In this document: positions 19,791 through 28,028 of the stretch, piece by piece | Position numbering within the stretch: the stretch's first letter is position 1 | How the letters are laid out: each line of letters opens with the position of its first letter | Source: Aquificaceae bacterium | Lineage (GTDB): Bacteria > Aquificota > Aquificia > Aquificales > Aquificaceae | NCBI GenBank assembly: GCA_037925075.1 | Contig: JAXSNR010000001.1 | Span: forward strand, 704,001-768,000 | Length of the DNA stretch: 64,000 nt | Direction: 5' to 3' | Translations under genes and position numbers: made by a program | The notes under the pieces: generated by a model | Seen by the model: the letters and a program-made list of their open reading frames with translations, nothing else | Told to the model about the DNA's origin: nothing | The model's database searches: none

Positions 19791-21076
19791 GACTTTTTTT
19801 ATTACTTTTGGAGGTGTTTTTTATGGCTACGCTGGTTCTTGCGGGAGAATTAAAAACCTACAAACTTCCCAACGGTGCAAAGCTGGTGATAAACAGAAGG
19901 GAGGATACGGAGGCGGTCGCCCTGCATGTATGGTTCAAGGTAGGTTCCATATACGAAGATTATCAACAAAAGGGCATGGCTCACTTTTTGGAGCATATGC
20001 TCTTTAACGGCTCTGAAAAGTATCCCTATGGGCAGATAGATTACATAGTGGAAAGTTTGGGGGGCAATCTCAACGCAGGCACTTCAAAGGAATACACCTT
20101 TTATCACATAACCATAGCAAAGCCTTATTGGAAAGACGCTCTTGAGGTACTTTACCAGCTTACCCAAAAGCCACTCCTTTTGGAGGAGATGGTGGAAAAG
20201 GAAAAGCCCATTGTGATTGAGGAGCTAAGGCGTGGGAAGGATAACCCAACCACAGTCCTATGGGAAGAATTTGAAAAACTCCTTTACAAGGTATCTCCCT
20301 ACCGCCATCCCATAATAGGCTACGAGGAAACCATCCAAAAGTTCAGTAGAAATATGCTTCTTGAATTCTACAGAAACTTTTACCAGCCCAGAAACATGTA
20401 TGTGGTGGTTGTGGGAGATGTGGAGCCAGAGGAAGTTTATAGGGAGGTGTTAAAAACCTTTGGGAGGGAAGAGGGTAAGCCTGTGCCAAAAGTGGAGCTA
20501 ATTCCCGAACCAGAGCAGTTAGAAAACCGTTCAAAGACCATAAGGGACAAAAGGGTAGAAAAAGCCTATTGGCTAATAGGCTGGAGAGTGCCAGCCATAG
20601 GCACAAAGGAATACTACGCCCTTGTGGTACTTGACCAACTTCTGGGCAGTGGTAGAACATCTCTTTTTTACAGAGAGCTGAGGGAAAAGGGTGTAGTCTA
20701 TAGCATATCCACAGGAGACTTTGGAAGACCAAGGGACAACCTTTTCTTTGTTTATGCAACCCTTGAGGGAGAGAGGTTTCAGGAGGTAAAGGATAGGGTC
20801 TTTGGACTGATGAAAAGCCTAAAAGAAAGCCTTACAGAGGAGGAGCTACAGAAGGCAAAGCAAAGGCTTATAAACTCTGAGGTTTTTGCCCTTGAAAGGG
20901 TGGAAAGGGATGCCTTTTACATTGGCTATTCTCTTGCGGTGGTTGGGCTTTTGGACTACTACAAATACTTTGAAAACAACATAAGAAGCGTCCGTCGTGA
21001 AGATGTGATTAGAGTACTTGAAAAGTATATTCTTGGCAAGCCTTACGGTGAAGTCCTTATGGTACCAGAGAAATGA
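19787..21076 (+). CDS. M16 (pitrilysin-family) zinc peptidase, active subunit
   Basis: GMAHFLEHMLFNGS (HxxEH), NAGTS, signal-like N-terminus. Confidence 0.92.
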   Translation: MRLFLLLLEVFFMATLVLAGELKTYKLPNGAKLVINRREDTEAVALHVWFKVGSIYEDYQQKGMAHFLEHMLFNGSEKYPYGQIDYIVESLGGNLNAGTSKEYTFYHITIAKPYWKDALEVLYQLTQKPLLLEEMVEKEKPIVIEELRRGKDNPTTVLWEEFEKLLYKVSPYRHPIIGYEETIQKFSRNMLLEFYRNFYQPRNMYVVVVGDVEPEEVYREVLKTFGREEGKPVPKVELIPEPEQLENRSKTIRDKRVEKAYWLIGWRVPAIGTKEYYALVVLDQLLGSGRTSLFYRELREKGVVYSISTGDFGRPRDNLFFVYATLEGERFQEVKDRVFGLMKSLKESLTEEELQKAKQRLINSEVFALERVERDAFYIGYSLAVVGLLDYYKYFENNIRSVRREDVIRVLEKYILGKPYGEVLMVPEK

Positions 21077-22326
21077 GGTTTATAATACTTGTGCTTTTTA
21101 TTCTAAGCCTTTCCTTTGGAGGTGCAAGAGTGCAGGAATACATCCTTGAAAAGGGAGTAAAGCTTATACTAAAAGAAACAAAGGGCAAGGGTATAGTCTC
21201 TGGGGTTGTCTTTATAAAGTCTGGCACGCACGGAGAGGAAAAAAGAGGTCTTACGAACCTTACAGCACTATTACTTACAAAAGGCACAAAGAGCTACAGC
21301 TCCTATCAGATTGCCAGCACCTTTGAGGACTACGGTGGGAGTGTGTATGCATCCGCAAGCGACGACTATGTGGAGATAGGCTTTTCCACCAAGTTGGAGG
21401 GACTGCGGGAAGGCCTTTTGGTTATAAGGAGCATGCTTACAGAGCCATCCTTTTCCCATGAGGATGTGCAAAGAGAAAAGCAGAACCTACTTCAAGCCAT
21501 AAGGTCAAGGAGGGAAAGTGGTCAGGAGCTTGCGGTGGATGCCCTCAGAAGGCTAACCTACAAGGGCTCCAACTACGAGGTGGTGCCTCTTGGACTTGAG
21601 GAGGATGTAAAAAGCATAAGCAGGGAAGACATTGTCAGAAGGTGGAAACAGATACTGCGTTCCAAAAATGTGGTGGTGAGCCTCGTGGGAGACTTCAAAA
21701 CAGAAGAGGTTCTGCCCATGCTAAAAGAGGTCTTTTCTGAAATTCCTGAAGGGGAATACGCCATAAACCCTGTGGAGATTCCTATGGAAAGGGACCTTTT
21801 GGACAGGGTAAAAAGGCCCGGTTCTCAGGCGACGGTGATGTGTGCCTTTGACGCTCCAGACTTTAAGGGTGAGGAATACTTTGCCTTTAAGGTTTTGGAT
21901 GCGGTGCTTGGTGATGGCATGACTTCAAAGCTCTTTAAAGAGCTCAGAGAAAAAAGGGGCTACGCCTATGCGGTCTATTCCACCTATCCCACCCGCCTCT
22001 CTTCTCCGAGGCTTATAACCTACATAGGCACCTCTCCAGAAAAGAAGGAAGATGCCCTAAGAGACATGGTGAGCTTGGTAAAAGAGGTTCAAATCACGCC
22101 CGAGGATGTGGAGCTGGCAAAGAACAAGATTGTGGGAGACTTTCTTCTTTCTCGCCAGACAAGGTCAAGACAGGCTTTCTATCTGGGCTTTTTTGAGGTG
22201 ATGGGCTTTGGATGGAAGATGGACGGGCAATATACAGACAGGATAAGAGCGGTTAGCTTTGAAGAGGTACAAAAGGTAAGAGAAAAGTACCTAAAGGTAC
22301 ATCACTGTGTTGTGGTGGAACCCTGA
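21073..22326 (+). CDS. M16 peptidase family, non-catalytic partner subunit
   Basis: M16 fold motifs (LLTKGT, SKLFKELREKRGYAY) but no HxxEH; coupled to the preceding gene. Confidence 0.88.
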   Translation: MRFIILVLFILSLSFGGARVQEYILEKGVKLILKETKGKGIVSGVVFIKSGTHGEEKRGLTNLTALLLTKGTKSYSSYQIASTFEDYGGSVYASASDDYVEIGFSTKLEGLREGLLVIRSMLTEPSFSHEDVQREKQNLLQAIRSRRESGQELAVDALRRLTYKGSNYEVVPLGLEEDVKSISREDIVRRWKQILRSKNVVVSLVGDFKTEEVLPMLKEVFSEIPEGEYAINPVEIPMERDLLDRVKRPGSQATVMCAFDAPDFKGEEYFAFKVLDAVLGDGMTSKLFKELREKRGYAYAVYSTYPTRLSSPRLITYIGTSPEKKEDALRDMVSLVKEVQITPEDVELAKNKIVGDFLLSRQTRSRQAFYLGFFEVMGFGWKMDGQYTDRIRAVSFEEVQKVREKYLKVHHCVVVEP

Positions 22327-22625
22327 TGGCGGACTTTACCAAGGCTGGACTTGACAGGGGAGACCTACACAAGGAATTAGAGCATACCCTAATATCCGCA
22401 AAAATGCTATACAGGACATACTCCGCAAGCATAGAAGACCTAACAGAAGAGGAGCTAAAATACGACCTTGTAGAATACACAGACCAATTGGAACGTACCA
22501 TTATGCCCCTTGTCAAGAGGGCTGAAGGGACAAAGGATAAAAAGTTAGTGGATATGGCTTATGAACTTAGATACACCTACGAAAGGCTTATAGAACTTAT
22601 ACATCAGAGGCTAAAAACCTTTTGA
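22326..22625 (+). CDS. Hypothetical helical protein
   Basis: Stop/start overlap with the M16 gene, host-like composition. Confidence 0.7.
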   Translation: MADFTKAGLDRGDLHKELEHTLISAKMLYRTYSASIEDLTEEELKYDLVEYTDQLERTIMPLVKRAEGTKDKKLVDMAYELRYTYERLIELIHQRLKTF

Positions 22626-23283
22626 GCTTTTCTATCGCTTCTGCCTTTATCTGGGAAACCCTTGCCATAGAAACACCCAAAATCCCTGCCACCTCCTTTA
22701 GTGGAAGCTCTTCGTAGTACAAAAGCTGTAGGACTAACTTTTCCCTGTATTCAAGGCTCTCTATAGCCCTAAGCAGTCTTTCCCTCAGGTCTTTTTTGAT
22801 AACCACCTCTTCTGGTCCCTCCTCTGAGCTCTCAAAGAGCTCCTCATAGCTCCTACCCTCCTGAAAAACTTCATCAAGGCTCATCATATAAGAAAAGCTT
22901 ATCGCCTGAAGGTCTTCTCTAAGTTTTTCTGGGCTTTCGCCAAGATAATCCGCTAACTCTTCATCGCTCACCTCACCGCCCTTTTCCATACTGAGTTTTT
23001 CCATAGCTTGTCTTATTGCCTTTTCTTTTGACCTGAGGCTTCTACTAACAAAATCAAGACTTCTCAAGTAGTCATACATAGCCCCCCTTATGCGTAGCCT
23101 AAGGTAGGCGGTGGTATTTTTTGTTTTATCCAGTCTTGGCAAAGCCTCTACGAGAGCAAGCACTCCATATCCTATTAGGTCCCTCACATCCACGGAAGCT
23201 GGCAGGTGTCTGTGTATGCGGTAGGCTATCTGCTGAACCAAAGGCAGGTAAGAAAGCACCAACTCCTTTTCTTCGGCGGTCAT
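22597..23283 (-). CDS. fliA: FliA/WhiG-family sigma-28 factor
   Basis: YLPLV..IA..I...LP.SV...DLI..G, RIRGAM.D.LR.LD, LYYEEL.LKE...LGVS..RVSQI. Confidence 0.92.
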   Translation of the reverse strand: MTAEEKELVLSYLPLVQQIAYRIHRHLPASVDVRDLIGYGVLALVEALPRLDKTKNTTAYLRLRIRGAMYDYLRSLDFVSRSLRSKEKAIRQAMEKLSMEKGGEVSDEELADYLGESPEKLREDLQAISFSYMMSLDEVFQEGRSYEELFESSEEGPEEVVIKKDLRERLLRAIESLEYREKLVLQLLYYEELPLKEVAGILGVSMARVSQIKAEAIEKLKRFLASDV

Positions 23284-23370
23284 GGAAATATTTTAGTGGC
23301 TATGAGCTTTGTCATTGAAAGAAGGAGATATAAGTATATATTCACTCAAAAACTTAGGAGGTGTAAAGGT

Positions 23371-23763
23371 ATGCTTGAGCTAAGAAGTCTTCCAAAGGTT
23401 GCCAACGAGCTTTTCAATGCTCTGCACGAGGATGAACTACAGCTGATAAATGAACTATACTTAGCCTGTGAAAAGGAAGATCTCGCAGAGGCAGACAGGT
23501 TAATGGATCTGCTCCTATACGATGTGGAGGAGCATTTTTCTACGGAGGAGGAGCTTATGAAGGAGGCGGACTTCTTTGCCTATCCTATGCACAAGGCGGA
23601 GCACGACACTATGAGAGGAGACCTAAAAGCCCTATACAGCAACTGGAAAACATCAAAGGATACACCCATGGTAATGGACTTCATAAAGGATAAGCTTATT
23701 CCGTGGCTTTTGCTACATATATCCCGTTGGGATTCAGTGACCGCCATGCATATAGGAAGCTAA
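23371..23763 (+). CDS. Bacteriohemerythrin
   Basis: H..EHFSTEEELM..YPMHKAEH..WLLLHI..D di-iron ligands; start reassigned to ATG 23371 after AGGAGG. Confidence 0.88.
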   Translation: MLELRSLPKVANELFNALHEDELQLINELYLACEKEDLAEADRLMDLLLYDVEEHFSTEEELMKEADFFAYPMHKAEHDTMRGDLKALYSNWKTSKDTPMVMDFIKDKLIPWLLLHISRWDSVTAMHIGS

Positions 23764-24219
23764 AAAGCCAAACCATAGCACATTGCTGGCAAGATGGAGA
23801 AGGCTCACCAAGGCTAAGGATCCAGTCCTTTGGTACGCATAGCCATAAAAAAGGGAAGGGAAAAAGGTAAGCACCGACCAAAGGTCTGTATAAAGCACCA
23901 CATGGGGCAATGTAAAAAGCACTGAAACCACAAGGTTTGAAAACCTTTGCATAAGGTAGGCTCTAAAAAAAAGCTCTTCCGCAAAAGCCTGAAGGGCCAA
24001 GCTGGCAAAGTCTTTGGGATACAAAAGGTACAAAGGGGGCAAAAGAAGAAGGCTCAAGTTCCATACACTTTTTAGCCCAAGCTTCTCCGACGGTAAGAAA
24101 ACAAGAGGAAGCAAAAGCACAATTATGCCAAGGTTGGGCAAGCCAAAGAGTCTATGAAATAGGATATTAAAGAGAAAAAGTCCATAAAGTAAGAGCTCAG
24201 TATATCCTTTTATAGACAA
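23734..24219 (-). CDS. CPBP (type II CAAX) glutamic intramembrane protease, myxosortase/JDVT-CTERM-sortase-like
   Basis: EELFFR, LFTLPH, TFFPSLFYG, LLHLASN motifs; last gene of the gspE-L-M-K operon. Confidence 0.85.
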   Translation of the reverse strand: MSIKGYTELLLYGLFLFNILFHRLFGLPNLGIIVLLLPLVFLPSEKLGLKSVWNLSLLLLPPLYLLYPKDFASLALQAFAEELFFRAYLMQRFSNLVVSVLFTLPHVVLYTDLWSVLTFFPSLFYGYAYQRTGSLALVSLLHLASNVLWFGFLASYMHGGH

Positions 24220-25045
24220 TTTTCCCCTCCTGTCTGTCGTATATTGCGGAAAAGCTTATGCTGTAGCCTCCGCTTTTTAGGTCCATCACAAGGTGGAAGA
24301 ACCTGCTTTTGGTGTCTATGTAGTTTTTCATCTTGTAAAGCATATCAAAGGTAAAGCCCTCCACAAGCACAAGGTCATCGGGCCTTTTGAAGGGCTCCTT
24401 TGCCCTCCTCTCTATTATCTTACTTGCGAGGGTTTGGTCTATGCGGGGGTCAAGTGCCATAAGCACAGGCATGGGTGCGGTGTTTATATTTACCTTGCCC
24501 GAAGAGAAGGTGGTGGTAAGGCTCCAAAGCCCGGGGTAAAAGTCTTTTCCTATGGTCTTGCCTTGTAGGTCTTCTGGCTTAAAGCCCACATAAAGGAGCT
24601 CTTCCTTTGAGTTAAGGGGTGCCCTCTTTATGGGATAAGGGCTATCAAAGGCACCATCCTTTTTGCCTATCCAGGTCAAAAGCCTATCAAGGTACTGGGA
24701 GTCAATCCTTAGGTAGGAAAAAAGGTGTTTAAAAAGCTCCTGATGTTCTCCTGCGGTGTTTAGGTTTATGTATCGGTCCTCGTCGTATATGGTGATGGTG
24801 AGCTCTCCCTTTTCGGTTTTAAAGCTCAGTGGGTATGCCCACCTTTCCTGAAGGTGGTCCACAGAGGGGTCGTCAGGCCTTATTATTTCTATGGCAAGGG
24901 GGAGTGCGGACCTGAAAACATAGAGGGCTTGGGTGCGTGCATAAACCTGTTGAACCGCCATCTGCGTACTTTTTACGCTTGCAAAAAGGTCCAAAACCAC
25001 AAGGCTGGCACTTATAAAGAGTATAAGGGCAAGGATTATGGTCAT
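24197..25045 (-). CDS. gspK: Type II secretion minor pseudopilin GspK
   Basis: N-terminal hydrophobic helix, DHL.E.WA, I.DE...INLN, KVNINTAP..VL.AL. Confidence 0.88.
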   Translation of the reverse strand: MTIILALILFISASLVVLDLFASVKSTQMAVQQVYARTQALYVFRSALPLAIEIIRPDDPSVDHLQERWAYPLSFKTEKGELTITIYDEDRYINLNTAGEHQELFKHLFSYLRIDSQYLDRLLTWIGKKDGAFDSPYPIKRAPLNSKEELLYVGFKPEDLQGKTIGKDFYPGLWSLTTTFSSGKVNINTAPMPVLMALDPRIDQTLASKIIERRAKEPFKRPDDLVLVEGFTFDMLYKMKNYIDTKSRFFHLVMDLKSGGYSISFSAIYDRQEGKIVYKRIY

Positions 25046-25434
25046 CTTATGGTCATTTCCACCTCATACAGCCCCTGTCCCGTGTTGTCCACGGATATGA
25101 ACTTTCTAATCTCAACGCCCGAACTTTCCAAAGAATATACAAGCTTTGGGAGGTTTTCGCCTCTTAGGTTTCTTGCCTTTACCTCATAGCCTACATCCAC
25201 CTGTTTAAAGGACACAAAGTCAGCCCCCACCTCTGATAGCTTTTGCCTTACAAAGCCCTCATCTATTGTAGCCTTCTGTCTTGTCTGATAGTTCTTTAAA
25301 AGTAGCATAACCTCCTTGTACCGTAGGTATTCCGCATAGTAGTTGTCCCTTAGCCTGTAGTAGTGGTCAAGAAGAAGGGCAAGGAGCAAAAAGGTCAGCA
25401 AGAAAAGTATAAGGTTTATCCTACTTGCACTCAT
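25042..25434 (-). CDS. gspM: Type II secretion protein GspM-like
   Basis: Single TM plus short ferredoxin-like periplasmic domain, located between gspL and gspK. Confidence 0.6.
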   Translation of the reverse strand: MSASRINLILFLLTFLLLALLLDHYYRLRDNYYAEYLRYKEVMLLLKNYQTRQKATIDEGFVRQKLSEVGADFVSFKQVDVGYEVKARNLRGENLPKLVYSLESSGVEIRKFISVDNTGQGLYEVEMTIR

Positions 25435-26588
25435 GGCGTTTTCAGTTCAAACTCCACCTTTCCTGTGGGTGTTTCCTTTGTGGAGAAGAGCTTTAGCCCT
25501 TCGAGGGTTTTTCTTTCAGCCTCCCCCTTTACGGTAAGCCTTCCCTCCGCGTACTCAATGCGGTAAAGCCTCATGCCGGGCTTTAGAGATTCTTGAGCCC
25601 TCAAAAGAAGCTTTGTAAGTTTGTACTCTTCACCGCTTGACACCTTTGCCCTAACCTGCTCATAAAGGGAGATTATGGGTTCTTTTGGGAAGTGCTTTTT
25701 GAACTCTGTCCTCTGTATGTCTCTGAGCTTTTCCACCGAGTAGAGCCTTTGCATGGCAAAGAAGCTAAGGAAAAAGGCGACCGCAACCCCTCCACCCACA
25801 TAGGCAAGCCTTTTCATCTCCTGAGGGCTTAGCTCCCTTTGGGCAAAGTCCGGGTAAGGGTTTTTTAGAACTTCCCTAAGGCACGTACCTAAGCATACCG
25901 CATACTCCGGCTCGCAATAGGTCAATTCCACAGCCTCTGGGAAAAGGCTTTTTAGGCCCCTCATCCTTGAGCCCCCGCCCGTAAGAAGCACCTTATGGTC
26001 TTCAAAGTTGTATCCCGAAAGCCCCAAAATCTCCTCAACCCCCTCTCTTATTTCCTTCGCACTTAGCCCTTCTGACCTCTTTAGCCTTTCCGCACTTTCA
26101 TAGTCCAAAGACCTACCTTCCGCCAACCTCTGGGTGAGATAGTTGCCACCCCTCAGGACAAGCCTAAAGGACCTCAAAAAGCCTTCCCTTATCTCCACAA
26201 AAACCGTCTTTCTCCTCCCCCAGTCTATCACAAAAAGCTCATCACCGTAAAGACTTCCAAGCCTTGCAAGGGCAAAGGGCTCAAGCTCCACCCCTTCGTA
26301 CTGCTCACATCCTCTGCACAGGGCAAGGTAGGCCCTACCTTGGGAAAGCTTGATGTCATACCTTGCGTCCGAAAACCTTTCCTTGACGTACTGCATAAGC
26401 TCTTTGGCCTTTGCCCTTTTACTCTCTTGTGCGTAAGCCTCCACCTTTATGAGGACCCTGTCGGAGGGAATGCATGTTATAAGCCTTCCAGTTTTTTGGG
26501 AGATTTTCCACTCTTTGGAGAGCAAGCTGTATTCAAGGCTTAGACTCTTTTCTCCATCCTTTGCACTTATAACCCTTTTAAGCCACAT
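25431..26588 (-). CDS. gspL: Type II secretion protein GspL (PilM-like actin fold, TM, periplasmic domain)
   Basis: IDWGRRKT, GG.YLT..LA, LLTGGGSR actin-like motifs, then TM; follows gspE. Confidence 0.75.
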   Translation of the reverse strand: MWLKRVISAKDGEKSLSLEYSLLSKEWKISQKTGRLITCIPSDRVLIKVEAYAQESKRAKAKELMQYVKERFSDARYDIKLSQGRAYLALCRGCEQYEGVELEPFALARLGSLYGDELFVIDWGRRKTVFVEIREGFLRSFRLVLRGGNYLTQRLAEGRSLDYESAERLKRSEGLSAKEIREGVEEILGLSGYNFEDHKVLLTGGGSRMRGLKSLFPEAVELTYCEPEYAVCLGTCLREVLKNPYPDFAQRELSPQEMKRLAYVGGGVAVAFFLSFFAMQRLYSVEKLRDIQRTEFKKHFPKEPIISLYEQVRAKVSSGEEYKLTKLLLRAQESLKPGMRLYRIEYAEGRLTVKGEAERKTLEGLKLFSTKETPTGKVEFELKTP

Positions 26589-28005
26589 TTTGGTCCTCTG
26601 TCTTTACCGCCCTTAGAAGCTCCTCCGAAGTGGTTATACCCGCAAGGACTTTCCTTATGCCATCTTCAAGCATGCTCTTAAAGCCCCTTGTCTTGGCAAA
26701 GTTCCTAAGCTCCACCGCATCCTGAGTCCTTAGTATGTACCTTTTTACCTCCTCATCCACTTCCAAAACCTCGTATATGCCAGTCCTTCCCCTGTAGCCA
26801 GTTCCCATGCAATGCTCACAGCCCCTGCCACGATAAAAGGTGTATTCACCAGAAAGGCCAAGCTCCGAAAGCTCTTCCTGTGTGGGCTTATAGGGTTCTT
26901 TACAATGCGAACATATTTTACGCACAAGCCTTTGGGCTATAATACCTTCAAGGGCTGAAGCAATAAGAAAGGGCTCTATCCCAAGGTCAAAAAGCCTTGT
27001 GATGGCGGAGGGTGCGTCGTTTGTATGCAAGGTGGAAAGCACCAAGTGTCCCGTCAGGGCGGATTGCACCGCTATCTGTGCGGTTTCTGAGTCCCTTATC
27101 TCCCCCACCATGATCACATCTGGGTCTTGTCTGAGGATGGCTCTGAGCCCTGTCGCAAAGGTAAGCCCCACCTTTGGGTTTACCTGTATCTGGCTTACGC
27201 CCTCTATCTGGTATTCTGGCGGGTCTTCTATGGTGATAATGTTTCTCTTTGGGCTTTTTATCTCAAGGATCATGGCATAAAGGGTGGTGCTTTTGCCCGC
27301 ACCGGTGGGTCCTGTGGCAAGCACAATGCCGTAGGGTTTTTGAGAAAGTCTTCTGAGCTTTGTAAGGTCTTCTTCCCAAAGGCCCAAGTCCTCAAGCCTT
27401 AGGATTTTTCCACCCTTTTCTAAAAGCCTGAGAACCACCCTTTCACCAAAGACGGTGGGCACCACCGAAACCCTTATGTCAAGGTGCCTTGTGCCTACCC
27501 TTACAGCTATCTTTCCATCTTGCGGGACCCTTCTTTCCGCCACATTGAGGTTTGAAAGTACCTTTATACGAGATACCACCTGCTCATGCAAGGAAAGGGG
27601 TATGCGCGTGTATTCGTGAAGGATTCCGTCAAGCCTTATCCTTACCAAAGCCTGCCCTTCGTAGGGCTCTATATGTATATCAGACGCCCCCACATTTACC
27701 GCCTTAATAAGCACCTGATTTACAAAGCTTACTGCCGGGCTTGTCTCTTCCTCATAGAGGATATCCTTTATTTCCGAAGACTCTCCCTCTTCTCCTTCAA
27801 TCTGCACCTCCTCCTGAGCCAAAGCTTCCTGTAGCCTTTGGGCAAAATCCTCCTCTGGCACAAAAACGGGTATGACCTCCTTTCCAAGAGAAAAGCGAAG
27901 CTCTTCAAGGACGGATGGGTCCAAACCCTTTGGTGCCAATACCTTCAAAAAGTCTTCTCCCTCTTCAAGGGGCACAAGCCTGTATTCTTTTAGCACCTTA
28001 GCCAT
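26578..28005 (-). CDS. gspE: Type II secretion ATPase GspE
   Basis: ASDIHIEP, PQDG, GPTGAGKST, LRQDPD, TLHTN, CxxC..CxxC. Confidence 0.93.
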   Translation of the reverse strand: MAKVLKEYRLVPLEEGEDFLKVLAPKGLDPSVLEELRFSLGKEVIPVFVPEEDFAQRLQEALAQEEVQIEGEEGESSEIKDILYEEETSPAVSFVNQVLIKAVNVGASDIHIEPYEGQALVRIRLDGILHEYTRIPLSLHEQVVSRIKVLSNLNVAERRVPQDGKIAVRVGTRHLDIRVSVVPTVFGERVVLRLLEKGGKILRLEDLGLWEEDLTKLRRLSQKPYGIVLATGPTGAGKSTTLYAMILEIKSPKRNIITIEDPPEYQIEGVSQIQVNPKVGLTFATGLRAILRQDPDVIMVGEIRDSETAQIAVQSALTGHLVLSTLHTNDAPSAITRLFDLGIEPFLIASALEGIIAQRLVRKICSHCKEPYKPTQEELSELGLSGEYTFYRGRGCEHCMGTGYRGRTGIYEVLEVDEEVKRYILRTQDAVELRNFAKTRGFKSMLEDGIRKVLAGITTSEELLRAVKTEDQNVA

Positions 28006-28028
28006 GCTTGGTATAATTTTACACCACC

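Noticed and set aside
317..22326. Other TGA-terminated genes (selA, cysM, rny, carB, M16 and others) as selenoproteins
   Set aside because: They end at family-typical lengths, mostly at stop/start overlaps, with no redox motif at the TGA
23206..23370. N-terminal extension of the hemerythrin
   Set aside because: Overlaps the fliA start; the SD precedes ATG 23371
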